64,000 nt of DNA, from the NCBI GenBank assembly GCA_016214605.1, contig JACROD010000005.1, positions 6,108-70,107 on the forward strand. The letters run 5' to 3'. Source of the stretch: Candidatus Kaiserbacteria bacterium. GTDB lineage: Bacteria; Patescibacteriota; Minisyncoccia; Phycocordibacterales; UBA2100. Position 1 is the stretch's first letter; each line of letters opens with the position of its first letter. Under the pieces are notes generated by a model. It was given only the letters and a program-made list of their open reading frames with translations, had not been told where the DNA came from and searched no databases. A program made the position numbers and the translations under genes. Shown here one piece after another: positions 62,483-64,000 of this stretch.

Positions 62483-64000
62483 CTATTTTAATTGGGCATG
62501 TTTCTCAGCCAACGTACGCACAACATCCGCAAGACGCTCAGACGACTTGCCATCAAAAGAATAATTATGACTCATGAATGTCTTCGCCCCCTCGACGAGA
62601 GATCGACGTTTCTCCGGAGATGTTGCAAGCGTGAGTAGCTCATGGGTCAGTTGCTCTACGTTGTACGCAATAGCAAGAGCCCCTTCCTGCGCATATCGAT
62701 CGAGGTCACTGCCTATGTCTTTACCAAGTACTGCATGCATTGGAAGTATTGCATCATAGACGGTCGGCCTGCCAGATATAAGTGCTTCAAGAACCGATGT
62801 GGAGTGACATGACACAATCGCATCCGATTGGACAAAGATATCTACTAGGGATTCATTGTGAGCAACTCGATAATTCACATTAACAAAAGCGCGCTGTATC
62901 GCTTCTCGGAAAAATGCCTCATTATCTGCACCCCCACGCATTGAAAGTATGATTTTTGCATTAGGTACTCCCAATACTGCCGTAGCGATATCTTGAAGAA
63001 AGTCAAAGGCCTCATAGTGATCGGTCCAGAAAGCACGAGCTATCCCCGGCATAATACATGCGATCACGAACTCACTATCTTGAACATCAATCTTTTCAGA
63101 ATCTGGGATTCTTGCAAACTTGTCAAAACGAGGTGAGCCCACATCAAAAAGCTGATCATCCCTGTAGCCTATCCGCTTGAAGCTCTCTCGAAGGACCGGT
63201 CCATATTCTGCTATGTATTCAACGCTACGTCGGTTGCTATAAGAACCTTTTCCGAAATAAAAAATACCGTGTTGCACTTCAAGAGACGGAATACTAAGCA
63301 AACGCGCAACCTCGCACAATATGCCGAAGTGCGGCTGACCAGATGCGCTCGCACGCACAAGGACAACATCAGGTCGTAAATAGCGCATTATTGCATGCGC
63401 CCCTTCGATCATTTCCACTGATTTGATGCCTCCTGTAGAAATAATGCGCTCAAAAGCCTCCTGTAGGACAGGAGTGAGCGAGTATCCCCGGAATGAAGTC
63501 TTATTAATCAGGTGATTTTTAAATCTGATGCGCTCCCATTCGTCCCTAAATTCACGATCACGCGATACAGCCAAACGGTGCATACCACGCGATACAAATT
63601 GATCAATGTGCATAAACTGCATACGATGTTTCCAGATCAAACGCAGTCCGACCGAAAAAGACTCCAGTCTATCCATGAGCACCAGTTCACCTTCTGGAAG
63701 TTTGTCCATGAGAGGCGCTATATTTCTCCAAATGTCACTTCCCAGAATACGTATCTTTTTACGCGGTCGCAGTGTAGTTACACATATATTAAGTAAAGAA
63801 AGTGCTACACCAAACATGCGACGCTTCCACCAAAACATTTTCCACCTGAATGAATCCAGGACCACCCGTACGCGAAACTTCTTTTCACTAAGCGCGCCTT
63901 TTTCCACAAAAAATTCAATATTCCGCTGCTTACAAACAAGCCCTGCCGCGATTTCAACCACGCGCGCTTCAAGGCCCGCCAAGAGCCGCCCTGTTTCTGG
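62483..64000 (-). CDS. Glycerophosphotransferase/capsule-polysaccharide-type transferase (TagB/TagF or KpsC/KpsS-like). The N-terminus is probably beyond the window end.
   Basis: The track ORF starts at a TTG at 63982, but the frame stays open to 64000. The C-terminal segment LSMRGGADNEAFFREAIQRAFVNVNYRVAHNESLVDIFVQSDAIVSCHSTSVLEALISGRPTVY resembles Glyphos_transf/capsule-synthesis families. Confidence 0.4.
   Translation of the reverse strand, partial: PETGRLLAGLEARVVEIAAGLVCKQRNIEFFVEKGALSEKKFRVRVVLDSFRWKMFWWKRRMFGVALSLLNICVTTLRPRKKIRILGSDIWRNIAPLMDKLPEGELVLMDRLESFSVGLRLIWKHRMQFMHIDQFVSRGMHRLAVSRDREFRDEWERIRFKNHLINKTSFRGYSLTPVLQEAFERIISTGGIKSVEMIEGAHAIMRYLRPDVVLVRASASGQPHFGILCEVARLLSIPSLEVQHGIFYFGKGSYSNRRSVEYIAEYGPVLRESFKRIGYRDDQLFDVGSPRFDKFARIPDSEKIDVQDSEFVIACIMPGIARAFWTDHYEAFDFLQDIATAVLGVPNAKIILSMRGGADNEAFFREAIQRAFVNVNYRVAHNESLVDIFVQSDAIVSCHSTSVLEALISGRPTVYDAILPMHAVLGKDIGSDLDRYAQEGALAIAYNVEQLTHELLTLATSPEKRRSLVEGAKTFMSHNYSFDGKSSERLADVVRTLAEKHAQLK

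Noticed and set aside
1-64000. CRISPR array, rRNA genes, diversity-generating retroelement.
   Set aside because: No short direct repeats with regular unique spacers were seen. No rRNA-like conserved blocks were seen. No reverse-transcriptase ORF is present that could supply a DGR template/variable repeat pair, despite the repeat-rich surface genes.

Overview
This 64-kb window comes from a bacterial chromosome with roughly 55-60% GC, the standard genetic code (TGA is used as a stop), and genes mostly on the minus strand. It contains five blocks.

1. Central carbon metabolism. A pfkB-type sugar kinase sits next to a split transketolase (tktA/tktB). The two transketolase genes are interrupted by an intervening-sequence-type four-helix-bundle gene cassette flanked by inverted repeats. 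A gap-rpiB-rpe operon follows.

2. A cell-surface island. Three large signal-peptide proteins lie here. One is a partial glycoside-hydrolase-like ORF that the ORF track misses because it runs off the window start. One is a 1414-aa protein with a peptidoglycan-binding domain and propeller repeats. One is a 1241-aa GH5-like/beta-helix protein. An IS200-like REP-associated tyrosine transposase is bracketed by two 47-bp palindromic REP-like elements. A 16.3-kb gene encodes a 5422-aa membrane-anchored giant protein. Its architecture is two identical N-terminal wHTH-like repeats, a TM helix, tail-fibre-like ANGGT repeat families, a triplicated Gly-rich module, an LVIVD propeller, a DUF5011-like Ig domain and an S/T-rich tail. 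Directly upstream are two smaller paralogues that share the same N-terminal wHTH-TM module.

3. Housekeeping genes: gatB, secA and guaB. After guaB there is a ~1.2-kb non-coding stretch with intrinsic terminators, direct repeats and a 24-aa Lys-rich micro-ORF.

4. Envelope genes: a small membrane protein, a secreted lipase-like hydrolase, an O-antigen-ligase/TPR protein and an MsbA-like ABC exporter.

5. A nonulosonic-acid (sialic/legionaminic-like) and activated-sugar island. It holds a fused nucleotidyltransferase-kinase, a HAD-nucleotidyltransferase, a DMT transporter, neuA-, CBS-, neuC-, neuB-, SDR- and methyltransferase genes, and a Tag/Kps-like transferase that runs off the window end.

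The giant surface proteins, the LVIVD repeats, the IVS-type 4HB gene, the split transketolase and the absence of Shine-Dalgarno motifs suggest a Patescibacteria/CPR-like or similarly reduced organism. That is inference only. I found no CRISPR array, rRNA, tRNA or reverse transcriptase. The most system-like novelty is the tandem trio of membrane proteins with N-terminal excisionase/MerR-like wHTH modules, culminating in the 5422-aa giant.
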